64,000 bases of DNA, taken from the NCBI GenBank assembly GCA_034416335.1, contig DAOULV010000023.1, positions 768-64,767 on the forward strand, in the 5' to 3' direction. Source of the stretch: Dehalococcoidales bacterium (GTDB taxonomy: Bacteria; Chloroflexota; Dehalococcoidia; Dehalococcoidales; UBA2162). The translations under genes were made by a program, and so were the position numbers. Under the pieces are notes generated by a model. The model searched no databases and was not told the origin of the DNA. It saw nothing but the letters and a program-made list of their open reading frames with translations. Of the stretch, positions 26,664 to 36,038 are shown piece by piece. Every line of letters begins with the position of its first letter. Positions within the stretch are counted from its first letter, which is position 1.

Positions 26664-26970
26664 ACTATTCGGTTTTAGTTATGATTTTCGGTTCACCCCC
26701 CGCCTGCCAAAGTCTTGTACGGCGGGCAGGTCTTTATCCCCCTCAAACAGTAGCCTTATTCAGCAGAAATATTTCGATTGTTTGAGGGGGAAAGAGTTTG
26801 AGAGAGGGGCAAAGTCCCTGGCTATACGTCCCTCCTTCGTCATTGCGAGATTCCGCTTTCTCCCGTTCGTCCTTCGACAAGCTCAGGACGAACCCATCTC
26901 CTGCCTGCCCGCCGAAGCCTTGGCGCAGGCGGGTCATTGCGAGGAGTCCACCGAAGGCGAATGGCAATCT
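26664..26970. repeat. composite REP-like region (family-2 head plus GTCCTGAGCTTGTCGAAGGAC-type and GTCATTGCGAG-type hairpins)
   Basis: The head tactattcggttttagttatgattttcggttcaccccc recurs at 38389, 44220-44259 (reverse complement) and 58923. There is a 12-bp stem ccccctcaaaca/tgtttgaggggg. Confidence 0.55.
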
Positions 26971-27157
26971 CCAGTATCAGGTAATGCATAATTTATCGGA
27001 ATGACACACTTTTTGTTTCCTCTCCTTTGATGGGAGAGGATTAAGGTGAGGGTGATAAGTGGATTTATGCCACCCTCATCCTGACCTTCCCCCATCAAGG
27101 GGGAAGGGACTGGTTATAGGACTAGCTTCAGACAGTTTTTTTGTTACAGTATACCAG
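26971..27157 (+). mobile_element. MITE-like element, family 1, copy B
   Basis: Ends are ccagtatcaggtaat ... gttacagtataccag. The internal hairpins match the other copies. Confidence 0.6.
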
Positions 27158-27261
27158 TATTTATAGAGATTGCTTCGGTTTCCGCCGCAGGCGGATTGAC
27201 GGCGAATCTCGCAATGACAACAAGACCAACCAGATACAAACAGAACTTTTAAAAATAACTA

Positions 27262-27306
27262 TTGACATACCGATTTGAATGACTTAATATATGTATAGTC
27301 ATATAT
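27262..27306 (+). promoter_or_regulatory. promoter with an overlapping inverted-repeat operator (ArsR autoregulation candidate)
   Basis: TTGACA (27262-27267), 17 nt, TAATAT (27285-27290). Inverted repeat ATATATG-N6-CATATAT at 27287-27306. Confidence 0.5.
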
Positions 27307-27331
27307 ACGCATAAACTAATAGAGGTTAGAA

Positions 27332-27682
27332 TTGAAGCAAGAGGATCTTGATTTTTACGAACTTAAAGCTGAAGTATGCAAGACTCTCGCCGACCCTAAA
27401 AGACTGCACATAATAAATGAATTAAGGGGAGGCGAATTGAGTGTGGGCGAGCTTGCTGAAAAATGTGAGTTAAACCAGGCGGTGGTCTCGCGTCACCTTG
27501 CTATATTACGCAACGGCGGAGTAGTTACTTCCCGTCGTGAGGGTACCAATGTGTATTACACGCTGGCAGACCCGAGAATCGGCGACGCCTGTGATGTAAT
27601 GCAGCAGGTAGTCCTGGCTAAAATAGAGAAAAACAGGCAGCTGGCTGAAAGGCTGGCATCAACTGAAGAAACCGGTACATAA
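27332..27682 (+). CDS. ArsR/SmtB-family transcriptional regulator
   Basis: ORF track 116 aa with a TTG start. LADPKRLHIINELRGGELSVGELAEKCELNQAVVSRHLAILRNGGVV. Confidence 0.8.
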   Translation: MKQEDLDFYELKAEVCKTLADPKRLHIINELRGGELSVGELAEKCELNQAVVSRHLAILRNGGVVTSRREGTNVYYTLADPRIGDACDVMQQVVLAKIEKNRQLAERLASTEETGT

Positions 27683-27744
27683 TGCCATTCGCTCTTCAGT
27701 TCTGTCCTGAATAATGAATCGGAATCATCGGAGGTAAACTGATA

Positions 27745-28227
27745 ATGACGGAAGAACAAAAGAAAAAAGCAACTATAATACTGATAAGCGGAGACTTCGA
27801 TAAACTCTTTGCCGCACTCACCATAGCTACCGGAGCCGCCGCTTCGAATATGGCGGTGACTATATTCCACACTTTCTGGGGACTGAGAGCAGTCAAGAAA
27901 AATGTCCGTACCGGAAAAAGCTTGTTCGGTAAAATGGTCGGGCTTATCGAAGGCGGCGACATAACAAAAGCCAATCCCAGCAAGTACGGATTCCTCGGTC
28001 TCGGACGCTGGATGTTTAATAAAATGATGAAAAATAAAAACGTCACCAGCCTGACAGAGCTAAGACAGCTTGCCATTGACCTGGGAGTAAAGATGTATAC
28101 CTGCCAGACAAGTATGGAGGTAATGGAAATACCCAGAGAAACACTCATCGACGAGGTAGCTGATGTCGTCGGGGTCGGATTCATGCTTGAGCAGGCACAA
28201 CAGTCGGAATTCACATTATTTATATAA
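27745..28227 (+). CDS. DsrE/DsrF-like family protein
   Basis: ORF track 160 aa. KKATIILISGDFDKLFAALTIATGAAASNMAVTIFHTFWGLRAV matches the DsrE_2-type pattern as I recall it. Confidence 0.65.
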   Translation: MTEEQKKKATIILISGDFDKLFAALTIATGAAASNMAVTIFHTFWGLRAVKKNVRTGKSLFGKMVGLIEGGDITKANPSKYGFLGLGRWMFNKMMKNKNVTSLTELRQLAIDLGVKMYTCQTSMEVMEIPRETLIDEVADVVGVGFMLEQAQQSEFTLFI

Positions 28228-28238
28228 GGAGAATAATA

Positions 28239-28481
28239 ATGGCGGAAGATATTAAAGTCGATCTTGAACTGGACCTCAAAGGTTTACTCTGCCCGTTACC
28301 CATGGTGAGGATAAGTCAGAACATTACCAACGTACCTGTCGGAGGCGTAATTAAAGCAACGGCAACCGATCCGGGAAGCCTGGCCGATATTCCATCCTGG
28401 GCAAGGACCACGGGGAATGAAATCATGAAGACAGACCGACAGGGCGAAGATATAATCTTTTATGTGAAAAGAGTGAAGTAA
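28239..28481 (+). CDS. tusA: TusA-family sulfurtransferase
   Basis: ORF track 80 aa. The motif DLKGLLCPLPMVR is present. Confidence 0.8.
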   Translation: MAEDIKVDLELDLKGLLCPLPMVRISQNITNVPVGGVIKATATDPGSLADIPSWARTTGNEIMKTDRQGEDIIFYVKRVK

Positions 28482-28483
28482 CG

Positions 28484-29200
28484 TTGAATCCTTATTCATT
28501 TATAGTATCTATTCTGGTTTATATCGCCATATTCGTCCTTGTCGTCGGGCTTATCTACCGGATATATAAATGGATTAAGATTCCCAGAAGTAAATTAAGC
28601 CTGGGACTATACCCCAAGCCAAAAAGCGGAGCAGGAAGGCTGCTCAAGCTTGGAAAAGATACATTCCTGTTTCCCCAGGTATATGAGGTAGACCGCTGGA
28701 TGTGGATATTCGTGGTATGCCTTCACCTGACACTGGTATTCGCTTTCGTCGGCCACCTGAGGTTAATCCAGGAATTCACACCCCTGGTCAACGCCCTCGG
28801 TGATGAAGGCATGAACCAGTTTGCTTTGATTAGCGGAGGTATAGTAGGAATCGTTATGATGCTCTCCGCTTTTTACTTGCTGATGAGAAGATTCAAGTCT
28901 CCTTACAAGGATATCTCAACTCCGGAGGATTACATTCTACTCGTCCTGCTGCTTATCATAATACTGCTGGGTAACCACCTTCGGTTCTTCGGCAGCGTAC
29001 ACGTTGCCGACTACCGGGAATATGTGCAAAGTCTGCTGATGTTCAAACCGTCTTTTAACGCGGAACTGGCTGAATCGGGGACGAAGTGGGTACTCACCAC
29101 CCATATATTATTCGCTTCTATCCTTGCGATTTACTTCCCGTTCAGTAAACTGGTGCACTTCGTAGGTTCATTCGCGGTCAATCTCGTCAGGAGTGATTAA
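28484..29200 (+). CDS. NarI/DsrM/HdrE-like membrane cytochrome b subunit
   Basis: ORF track 238 aa with multiple TM helices containing conserved His. It is paired with an HdrD/DsrK-like protein. Confidence 0.55.
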   Translation: MNPYSFIVSILVYIAIFVLVVGLIYRIYKWIKIPRSKLSLGLYPKPKSGAGRLLKLGKDTFLFPQVYEVDRWMWIFVVCLHLTLVFAFVGHLRLIQEFTPLVNALGDEGMNQFALISGGIVGIVMMLSAFYLLMRRFKSPYKDISTPEDYILLVLLLIIILLGNHLRFFGSVHVADYREYVQSLLMFKPSFNAELAESGTKWVLTTHILFASILAIYFPFSKLVHFVGSFAVNLVRSD

Positions 29201-30495
29201 TGGTGGATATTGATACTGAAAATAAACTGGTAGGCATACTTGAAAAAGGTATAAACCGGCAGCTCCAATATTACCTGGATGTCTGTACCAGATGTTCCAT
29301 ATGCAAAGACGGCTGTCATCAGTACGTAGCTACGAAAGATATCAGGTATCTTCCGGCTTACCGTGCCGAACTGATACGCCGTATTTTCAAGAAATATCTA
29401 ACTGCCGAAGGTAAATTCATTCCCTCCCTCGGTGAAGCGACCGGGATAGACGACCGTCTTCTCGATGACCTGTTTATATCGACTTACGCCTGCACGGGAT
29501 GCCGGCGCTGTATGTATTACTGTCCGTTTTCGATAGACACCACCTGGGTGCTTTCCCTGGCGAAAGCCATACTCATCGCAGCCGGAAAAGCTTCGACGAT
29601 ATTGACGGAACTTGCCGACGCCTCCATTATGAAAGGGGAAAGTATAGACCTCTTTAAAGACATTATTATAGACACCCTGAAAGATACCGAAAAACAATTA
29701 CAGGAAATAGTAAAAGACCCGAATGCCGGAATTCCCATCGATAAAGAAGGGGCCGATATCCTTTATGCGGCGTTGTCCGGTGTACACAGTATATTACCAG
29801 CGGCGGTAATATTTCACCAGGCGAAAGCAGACTGGACTCTTTCGATGTTCGAAGCGGCAAATTACGGCTATTTCCTGGGCGATGCCGGGAAAGCCGTAAA
29901 AATCGCCGACCGTATAGTCGACGAAGCAAAAAGACTAAATGTCAAAGAGGTGGTGATAACCGAGTGCGGGCATGCTTACCGGGTAATGAAGATTCTGTAT
30001 GAATACTGGACAAAAGAGGAGCTTCCCTTCAAGGTTACCAGTATACTGGAAGTTATTTCACGGTACTTAAAAGAAGGGAAGATAAAGGTAGATACCGGGA
30101 AAATTAAGGAAATCATCACCTATCACGATCCCTGCCAGTTCGGAAGGAATGCAGGTTTCTTTGACCTGCCGAGAGAGATCATCGGTAATGTCACCAGCAA
30201 TTTCAGAGAACTTGAGCCTAACCGCGAAAAGAACTGGTGCTGCGGCGGTGGCGGCGGGCTTGTTGCCCAGCCCGACTTTGACGAACTCAGACTGGAAACG
30301 GGCAGAAAGAAAGCAGAACAGATACGGAGCAGTAAAGCGAAAACGGTCATCAGTCCCTGTGAAAACTGCCGGCTGCAGCTGGCTGACCTTAATAAAAAAT
30401 ATGAACTTGATATTACCACAAGTTCGATGATGGACTTTGTTGTTAATGCGATGATATTCGATTCACCGGAACCCGGGGAGGAAAAAGACGATTAA
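29200..30495 (+). CDS. HdrD/DsrK-like Fe-S protein with CCG domains
   Basis: ORF track 431 aa. Motifs are CTRCSICKDGC, CTGCRRCMYYCP and NWCCGGGGG...PCENC. Confidence 0.75.
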   Translation: MVDIDTENKLVGILEKGINRQLQYYLDVCTRCSICKDGCHQYVATKDIRYLPAYRAELIRRIFKKYLTAEGKFIPSLGEATGIDDRLLDDLFISTYACTGCRRCMYYCPFSIDTTWVLSLAKAILIAAGKASTILTELADASIMKGESIDLFKDIIIDTLKDTEKQLQEIVKDPNAGIPIDKEGADILYAALSGVHSILPAAVIFHQAKADWTLSMFEAANYGYFLGDAGKAVKIADRIVDEAKRLNVKEVVITECGHAYRVMKILYEYWTKEELPFKVTSILEVISRYLKEGKIKVDTGKIKEIITYHDPCQFGRNAGFFDLPREIIGNVTSNFRELEPNREKNWCCGGGGGLVAQPDFDELRLETGRKKAEQIRSSKAKTVISPCENCRLQLADLNKKYELDITTSSMMDFVVNAMIFDSPEPGEEKDD

Positions 30496-30519
30496 GCTAA
30501 ACCGATATCCAATGAGGTA

Positions 30520-30744
30520 TCAATGAAGGGATTCACATATCTCTCTCATCCTGGCTAAAGTCCGGTTAATTTCTTTCTCAAGCGTCATAAACTCTGCCCT
30601 GGATTTTTCGGTAATACATCCTACCCCTATTTTACGTATACCTTCGATTGCCGTAGCCTGAAGAACCAGTATTTTATCACTGGCATCCTTGTATTTTTCA
30701 TGAAGCTCCGTAAATTCATTTATTATCGATTCCGATACTCCCAT
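30520..30744 (-). CDS. hypothetical small helical protein
   Basis: Frame of ORF 30520..30801. ATG 30744 is preferred because of a GGGGAGG SD 6 nt upstream. Confidence 0.4.
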   Translation of the reverse strand: MGVSESIINEFTELHEKYKDASDKILVLQATAIEGIRKIGVGCITEKSRAEFMTLEKEINRTLARMREICESLH

Positions 30745-30810
30745 AACAAACCTCCCCGGTTTTCTCAATGCAAGTCTAGCACTTCTCCCCCTCGAATACA
30801 CCTCTCTTCA

Positions 30811-30848
30811 AATAAAAAGGAGGCAGCGGAATGTCCGCTGCCTCCTTT
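30811..30848 (-). terminator. rho-independent terminator of SBP gene 30902..32764
   Basis: An 11-bp stem GGAGGCAGCGG/CCGCTGCCTCC (30819-30845) is followed by a T-run on the minus strand. Confidence 0.7.
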
Positions 30849-30901
30849 AACAGGTCGTTTAGTTACATATTCTGTTTGTGCACCAAAAGGTGCGTAAGCG
30901 T

Positions 30902-32764
30902 CTACCTTCTGCCGGTCATATCCTCTTTGAGATCAAGGTCAAGCCAGGCATAAGGAAGCCAGAACTTAGTCGGGAATTCGCCGTAGTAGTTCTTCACCCA
31001 GGGTTGCCATACGCGATATCCCCACGGAGCCGGCATCTGAATATTGAATGCCTGCCCGAGACAATATACGAATATCTCTTTCGTTACTCTGTCAGCTTCC
31101 GGGTAGTTAACCATTACGTATTCTTCCTGCTTGTTATAAGCAGCTTCGATTATCGGATCCGTTCCCGGAGGATCATTGACATGACTCAGGTTGAAGATAT
31201 TAGGTCCGCGGTAGTAACCAAGACTGTACCTGACGAACAGGGCACCGTCACCACCAGCCCATTGGTTCAGCATAAGATCCTCTGCCTGGTGGCCTACCCA
31301 CATACCGATGAATATGGTAGGTTCAAGGACAACAAGTTCTACGTCGATACCGACATCTGCCCAGTATTCCTTGATAATCGACGCAGCCTGCTCAGAAAGA
31401 GTGTTATTCATCATGTTCATCTTGATCTTGAAGCCATCGGGATATCCGGCTTCAGTAAGAAGCTGCTTCGCTTTTTCCGGATAGTATCCGTAAAGTTCCT
31501 GCGTTTCTGTCGGTAACTCTTCGAGCGGGGTGTGGATTGTCGTATACCACTTGCGTGCAGGGCTGTCTATATATTCAGCTTTTCCGTCATACAGGTCTCT
31601 GACAATCGTCGGATGGTCGATGGCAAGCATCATCGCCTTCCTGACTCTTACGTCGGAATACGGTCCATCAAGATCGACTCTTCCTGAAACCTGATATGGA
31701 GCAGTGATGGTCTGGACGGATTCCAGTTCAGGATTGGACTTTACCAAGGTATCGTAATCCTCGACAGTAAGTGTATCGATCGCAGACCAGTCAGCTTTGC
31801 CGGTTCTGAGAGCGGCAAGCCTCGTCGACAGGTCGGGGATTATCTGGTAGTTAATGCTGTCTATATAAGGAAGCTGGTCTCCCATTCCGGGGCCAAGTGG
31901 ATTTATTTGCCAGTAATTGTCGTTCCTGACATACTTGGCTGCACTGGAAGTAACATAATCCTTCAGTATGTAAGGACCCGTGCCGACGGTGTCATACCAG
32001 TTGTTGCTTTTACCATAGCCGGCATCCAGGAAGTCTTTCGCCCATACGTACTGGGCACCGCCGCCACCCATCAACCACAGGTAGCCGGTACCCGCAGCCA
32101 CCGGTGTCCTGACTGTAATCTGCCATTCGCCTGTCCGTTCTACCGTCATATTTTGAATTAAGGCAGGTTCATTACAATTGGTACAGGTTAACGGCGTATC
32201 TCTCATGTACTCGAGACTGTAGGCAACATCCTCAGCCGTCATTTCACGTCCGTTTACCAGCCTTGAAGCCTCGAATTCGGTATCAAGGGCCCAGTGTATA
32301 CCCTGACGGATATTGAGTACCCAGACACCGACAGCCGGATTCTCCCAGCTCTCGGCAAGGTTTCCACCAAGCCACCTGTAATCGGTTACACCTTGAGAAT
32401 AATCGGTCTCGCCCGTTCCGGCCAGGCCTTTTTCTCTTTGTATACCCAGTATCTGCTCGAGGACATAGCCGTCCTGAGAAGGCCACTGGCAGGCTGCCGA
32501 AGCGACGTTCCAGTTCGTAATATCCGAACCGGTGAGGATTACCAGTTTCCCGCCGTATCTGGGTTTGTCAGGATCAACTGTAACCGAGGGTTTCCCCGGT
32601 TCCTCCCTTGTTTCTTCTCCGCCGCCTACGGTCACTGTTTGTCCCGTGTCCTGAGTGGTTACCGTTCCGCCGGTATCTTCACTCGTTCCACATGAAGGCA
32701 GTACCAGTGTTAGTACCATAAGGCAGCTAACTATCAACCAAACAAGCTTTTTTATCATAAGCAC
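30902..32764 (-). CDS. ABC transporter substrate-binding lipoprotein, family 5 (peptide/nickel type)
   Basis: ORF track 620 aa. There is a signal peptide with a lipobox-like LPSCG. It is a full-length paralogue of 36039..37889. Confidence 0.75.
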   Translation of the reverse strand: MLMIKKLVWLIVSCLMVLTLVLPSCGTSEDTGGTVTTQDTGQTVTVGGGEETREEPGKPSVTVDPDKPRYGGKLVILTGSDITNWNVASAACQWPSQDGYVLEQILGIQREKGLAGTGETDYSQGVTDYRWLGGNLAESWENPAVGVWVLNIRQGIHWALDTEFEASRLVNGREMTAEDVAYSLEYMRDTPLTCTNCNEPALIQNMTVERTGEWQITVRTPVAAGTGYLWLMGGGGAQYVWAKDFLDAGYGKSNNWYDTVGTGPYILKDYVTSSAAKYVRNDNYWQINPLGPGMGDQLPYIDSINYQIIPDLSTRLAALRTGKADWSAIDTLTVEDYDTLVKSNPELESVQTITAPYQVSGRVDLDGPYSDVRVRKAMMLAIDHPTIVRDLYDGKAEYIDSPARKWYTTIHTPLEELPTETQELYGYYPEKAKQLLTEAGYPDGFKIKMNMMNNTLSEQAASIIKEYWADVGIDVELVVLEPTIFIGMWVGHQAEDLMLNQWAGGDGALFVRYSLGYYRGPNIFNLSHVNDPPGTDPIIEAAYNKQEEYVMVNYPEADRVTKEIFVYCLGQAFNIQMPAPWGYRVWQPWVKNYYGEFPTKFWLPYAWLDLDLKEDMTGRR

Positions 32765-33229
32765 CTCCTACTGTTATCCTTTTATATTATTCGAATAAAA
32801 GGTTCTTGCACATCGTTCAGCAGCTCTGACGTAGAATCTGCAGATTCCTGTTTATCTAGGTCAAAATACACCTCCTTGGACCGGCCCTGCCGCTAACCCC
32901 GATTACCCCCAGGGCTCCGGACACGGGAGGGGTGTGGTTATTATTTAAGCTGATATGAGCTGCCAACATTCAGCACCCTGGTTTCCCCCGGCAGGGCCAG
33001 CTTCTCCCCGTCTTTATATTTCTTTGTTAAAACCATAAGGGTACCACAAGCCACCTGTACTATCTGGCAACTAATAGTACCCTCTTTATCATCATAACCA
33101 CCCGTTTCAGGAGAAAATACAAGATGGTAAAGGTTTATTCAGTTATATTGGAGTATATTAGGCTAAAGTGTAATTATTTTTTATGCACTTGTCAATACCT
33201 AAATAATATTGTGTAAAATCTGGTATTTT

Positions 33230-34948
33230 TTATAGTATACCTGCTAAACCCAATGCCAGCCTGATATCAACTACAGCCGGCCTGCCTTTTTTAACTTCCC
33301 CAAGGGCTTCTTTCAGGACCGGGAGAACATCCCCGGGTTCGGTTACTATCTTTCCGTAGCCGCCACAGGACTCGGCAACAAGAGCATAATCCGGAGGAGG
33401 AGATATATCAATTCCGGAAATAAATCCCATTTCCTCGGTCATCTGAGTTTCGGACATTCTTTCCACTAATGTTCTGATAGCACCGTAAGACTGATTGTTA
33501 AAAATAACCGATAGGAAAGGTAATTTATAAACATTCGAAGACCAGAGAGAAGCAACCGGACAACCCCACACAAATCCACCGTCGGTCATTACACTGACAA
33601 CCGTCCTGTCAGGGAGAGCTGCTTTGACTCCCAGAGCTGCCCCCAGCGCCCACATTATGGACCCTCCGGCACAGGCACACAATGTCCCGGGTTTAATCCG
33701 GTCAACCTGCCCGGCGATTGATGACGACTGGCTGATAAGATGGTTTACCAGCACGGTATCCTCGTCCAGGATTTCATTGATACAATATCCCGCCCAGTCG
33801 GCAGAAATCGGTTTCTCGGATGATTTACTTTTAGCCATCACGCGATTGTCTTCACGCTGCTTACTGTATTTTTTTTCAAGAATACCGTAACGTTCGCGAA
33901 GTCTGACTTCCAGCTCCGGTGTCAGTTTATTTCTAACAATTTCCGTCAGGGAAGGTATGGCTTCCCTGGAATCAGCCGTAATAAATACATCGGCACCGCG
34001 ACCCCACAAAGGTCTGCCCTGTGTCAGCGGGTCGATGTCGATATGAAGAATGGTCGCACTTTCTTTCGGGAATATCCCGGCCGGAACATAGGGCAGGTCA
34101 TAGTCCAAAGCTAGGATTACGTCGGCTTCTGCGAAAGGCTCATTTCCTCTGATTCCCCCACCCATTTCTTCCATTCCGGCACATAACGGGTGCGTCGTCG
34201 GAAAATTCATCCGCGTTAACCCGGGGACTACCGGTGTGCAAAGAGTCTCCGCCAGTTCAACCAGTTTATCAACCGATTCATGATGCCTCTCGATAGATCC
34301 TGCGACGATAAGCGGATTTTCCGCTGCCAGAAGAGTATCGGCTATCTTCTCCAGTTGAATACGATCTGCCGGCGGAAGCGGCTCTATATCCCCTTTATAT
34401 GAGTCGGGCTCGCGCCTGTTTATTCTCTGCGCCAGCGTGTCTCTGGGATATGTCAGATATACCGGGCCGCGGGGTTCGGTCAATGAAATATTGATAGCTT
34501 TCTGGAGTACTTCATGGATATCTTCATCGACCTTGATTTCATGGTCCCACTTGACGCTGTTGCGCGTTATCAGACGCTGGTCGTATGGTTCGTCATTCCA
34601 GTTCGTCCTTCCCTGAGCAGGAGCCATCAGCCCCGCCATTAAAACGACCGGGATTCTGCCCCACTGGGCATTATGCATAGCACCGGCTACCTGCTGAGTT
34701 CCGAGTTCACTGTGCACCAGGACTATCTGCGGCTTCCCCGAGACCACATAATGACCGTAGGCTGCCGTTAACGCCACGGATTCGTGCAGACATAAACTCA
34801 GCTTCGGAGCAGGTCTGCCAAGCGCGTAGTATTTCAGTGCAGCCGCGTTAATCGGCGCCAGATCTCCTCCTGGATTAAAGAAAATATTGTCTATGCCGTT
34901 TGCATTACAGATTTCCAGAAACGCTTCAGCTCCAGTATACTGTTCCAT
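33230..34948 (-). CDS. thiamine-diphosphate-dependent enzyme (acetolactate-synthase-like fold)
   Basis: ORF track 572 aa. The TPP motif is TDGGF-x22-NN (VMTDGGFVWG...VIFNNQSYG). Confidence 0.8.
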   Translation of the reverse strand: MEQYTGAEAFLEICNANGIDNIFFNPGGDLAPINAAALKYYALGRPAPKLSLCLHESVALTAAYGHYVVSGKPQIVLVHSELGTQQVAGAMHNAQWGRIPVVLMAGLMAPAQGRTNWNDEPYDQRLITRNSVKWDHEIKVDEDIHEVLQKAINISLTEPRGPVYLTYPRDTLAQRINRREPDSYKGDIEPLPPADRIQLEKIADTLLAAENPLIVAGSIERHHESVDKLVELAETLCTPVVPGLTRMNFPTTHPLCAGMEEMGGGIRGNEPFAEADVILALDYDLPYVPAGIFPKESATILHIDIDPLTQGRPLWGRGADVFITADSREAIPSLTEIVRNKLTPELEVRLRERYGILEKKYSKQREDNRVMAKSKSSEKPISADWAGYCINEILDEDTVLVNHLISQSSSIAGQVDRIKPGTLCACAGGSIMWALGAALGVKAALPDRTVVSVMTDGGFVWGCPVASLWSSNVYKLPFLSVIFNNQSYGAIRTLVERMSETQMTEEMGFISGIDISPPPDYALVAESCGGYGKIVTEPGDVLPVLKEALGEVKKGRPAVVDIRLALGLAGIL

Positions 34949-35010
34949 ATTTCCGTTTCTCCTTCGATTGATGACGGTTACCAGTTGACAGTCTAAACAT
35001 GCGGTGACTG

Positions 35011-35865
35011 TTAAGGAGTCAGACCACCATCGACATTTATCGACTGACCGGTGATATTCCTGGCTTCTTCAGAGGACAAGAAGACTACGGCCCTACCGAT
35101 ATCTTCCGGGGTCTGTTCTCTTCCAAGTGGTACCCGCGAAGCCACGTATTTGTCAAAATACTCACGGTAGGACAGTCCTTCCGCACCCGGCGTAGACTGG
35201 ATACGCCTCGGTGCACTCCTTTCATACAGGGGTGTATAGAGGACTCCCGGGCACACGCAGTTAACATTGATGTTGTAAGGTGCCAGTTGCAAAGCCATCA
35301 GCCTTGAAAATTGAATCACTCCTGCCTTTGCCACTCCGTAACTGGTCATCGGGGAAAGAGCCTCTTCCCTGCCGGACATTCCTCCGCTGGAAAGAGATCC
35401 TCCTCCGGCCATAGGTCTTCCGCCGATGGAAGATATGTTCACAATCTTGCCGCTTTTCTGATTAACAAAGAGCGGTGCCACGATTCTCGTCATCAGCATT
35501 GTCGCTCTCAGATTTAATTTAATGGTGTCATCCCATTCTTTTTCTTCAGAGTAATCTACTCCCGGCTCCTCATAGTAATATTTAGATTCACCGCCGACGT
35601 TATTTACAAGGATATCGATTTTTCCGAAGGTATCCAGAATTTGTTTCAAAGCATAATCCGCCTGGTCTTTTTCAGTTACGTTTGCGATTATCGCCAGTGA
35701 ACGGCGACCCGTATCTTTAACGCCAGCCGATACTTTTTCAGCATTTTCCCTGCTGATATCTATAACCGCAATATCCGCCCCCTCCTCAGCAAGACATTTT
35801 ACGATACCCTCGCCGATACCCGCGCCGCCTCCCGTAACTGCCGCTACTTTACCTTCAAGCTTCAT
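35011..35865 (-). CDS. SDR-family oxidoreductase
   Basis: ORF track 35011..35877. ATG 35865 has a GGAGG SD. Motifs are TGGGAGIGEG and YGVAKAG (YxxxK). Confidence 0.85.
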   Translation of the reverse strand: MKLEGKVAAVTGGGAGIGEGIVKCLAEEGADIAVIDISRENAEKVSAGVKDTGRRSLAIIANVTEKDQADYALKQILDTFGKIDILVNNVGGESKYYYEEPGVDYSEEKEWDDTIKLNLRATMLMTRIVAPLFVNQKSGKIVNISSIGGRPMAGGGSLSSGGMSGREEALSPMTSYGVAKAGVIQFSRLMALQLAPYNINVNCVCPGVLYTPLYERSAPRRIQSTPGAEGLSYREYFDKYVASRVPLGREQTPEDIGRAVVFLSSEEARNITGQSINVDGGLTP

Positions 35866-35972
35866 CTGGTCCTCCAAGAAACGTATTATCCTAAAACATG
35901 ATTCCGAATAAACTCAGAGAATGATAGTTCTTCCTGCACAACATTTCAAGTTCAATAACTGGTTTTCGCAGA

Positions 35973-36006
35973 TAAAAAGGAAGCCGCTTATAAAAGCGGC
36001 TTCCTC
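35973..36006 (-). terminator. rho-independent terminator of SBP gene 36039..37889
   Basis: A 9-bp stem GGAAGCCGC/GCGGCTTCC (35979-36004) is followed by a T-run on the minus strand. Confidence 0.7.
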
Positions 36007-36038
36007 ATATCGGTTTTGTTAACCGTTATTGGAAAGAA

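Noticed and set aside
26626-27004. ORF-track entries inside repeat regions (26626..26991, 26743..26967, 26798..27004, 44003..44272, 45833..46234, 53337..53567)
   Set aside because: They are translations of REP or MITE hairpin sequence. The same peptide-like strings recur wherever the repeats occur, in either orientation.
32861-33060. Assigning a named riboswitch (glycine, cobalamin, TPP or ykkC-like) to the conserved SBP leaders
   Set aside because: Only fragmentary resemblance was found, for example GGAGAG...UCAGGACAG in the 37981-38190 copy. The core conserved motifs of those classes are absent. I report it only as unexplained conservation.
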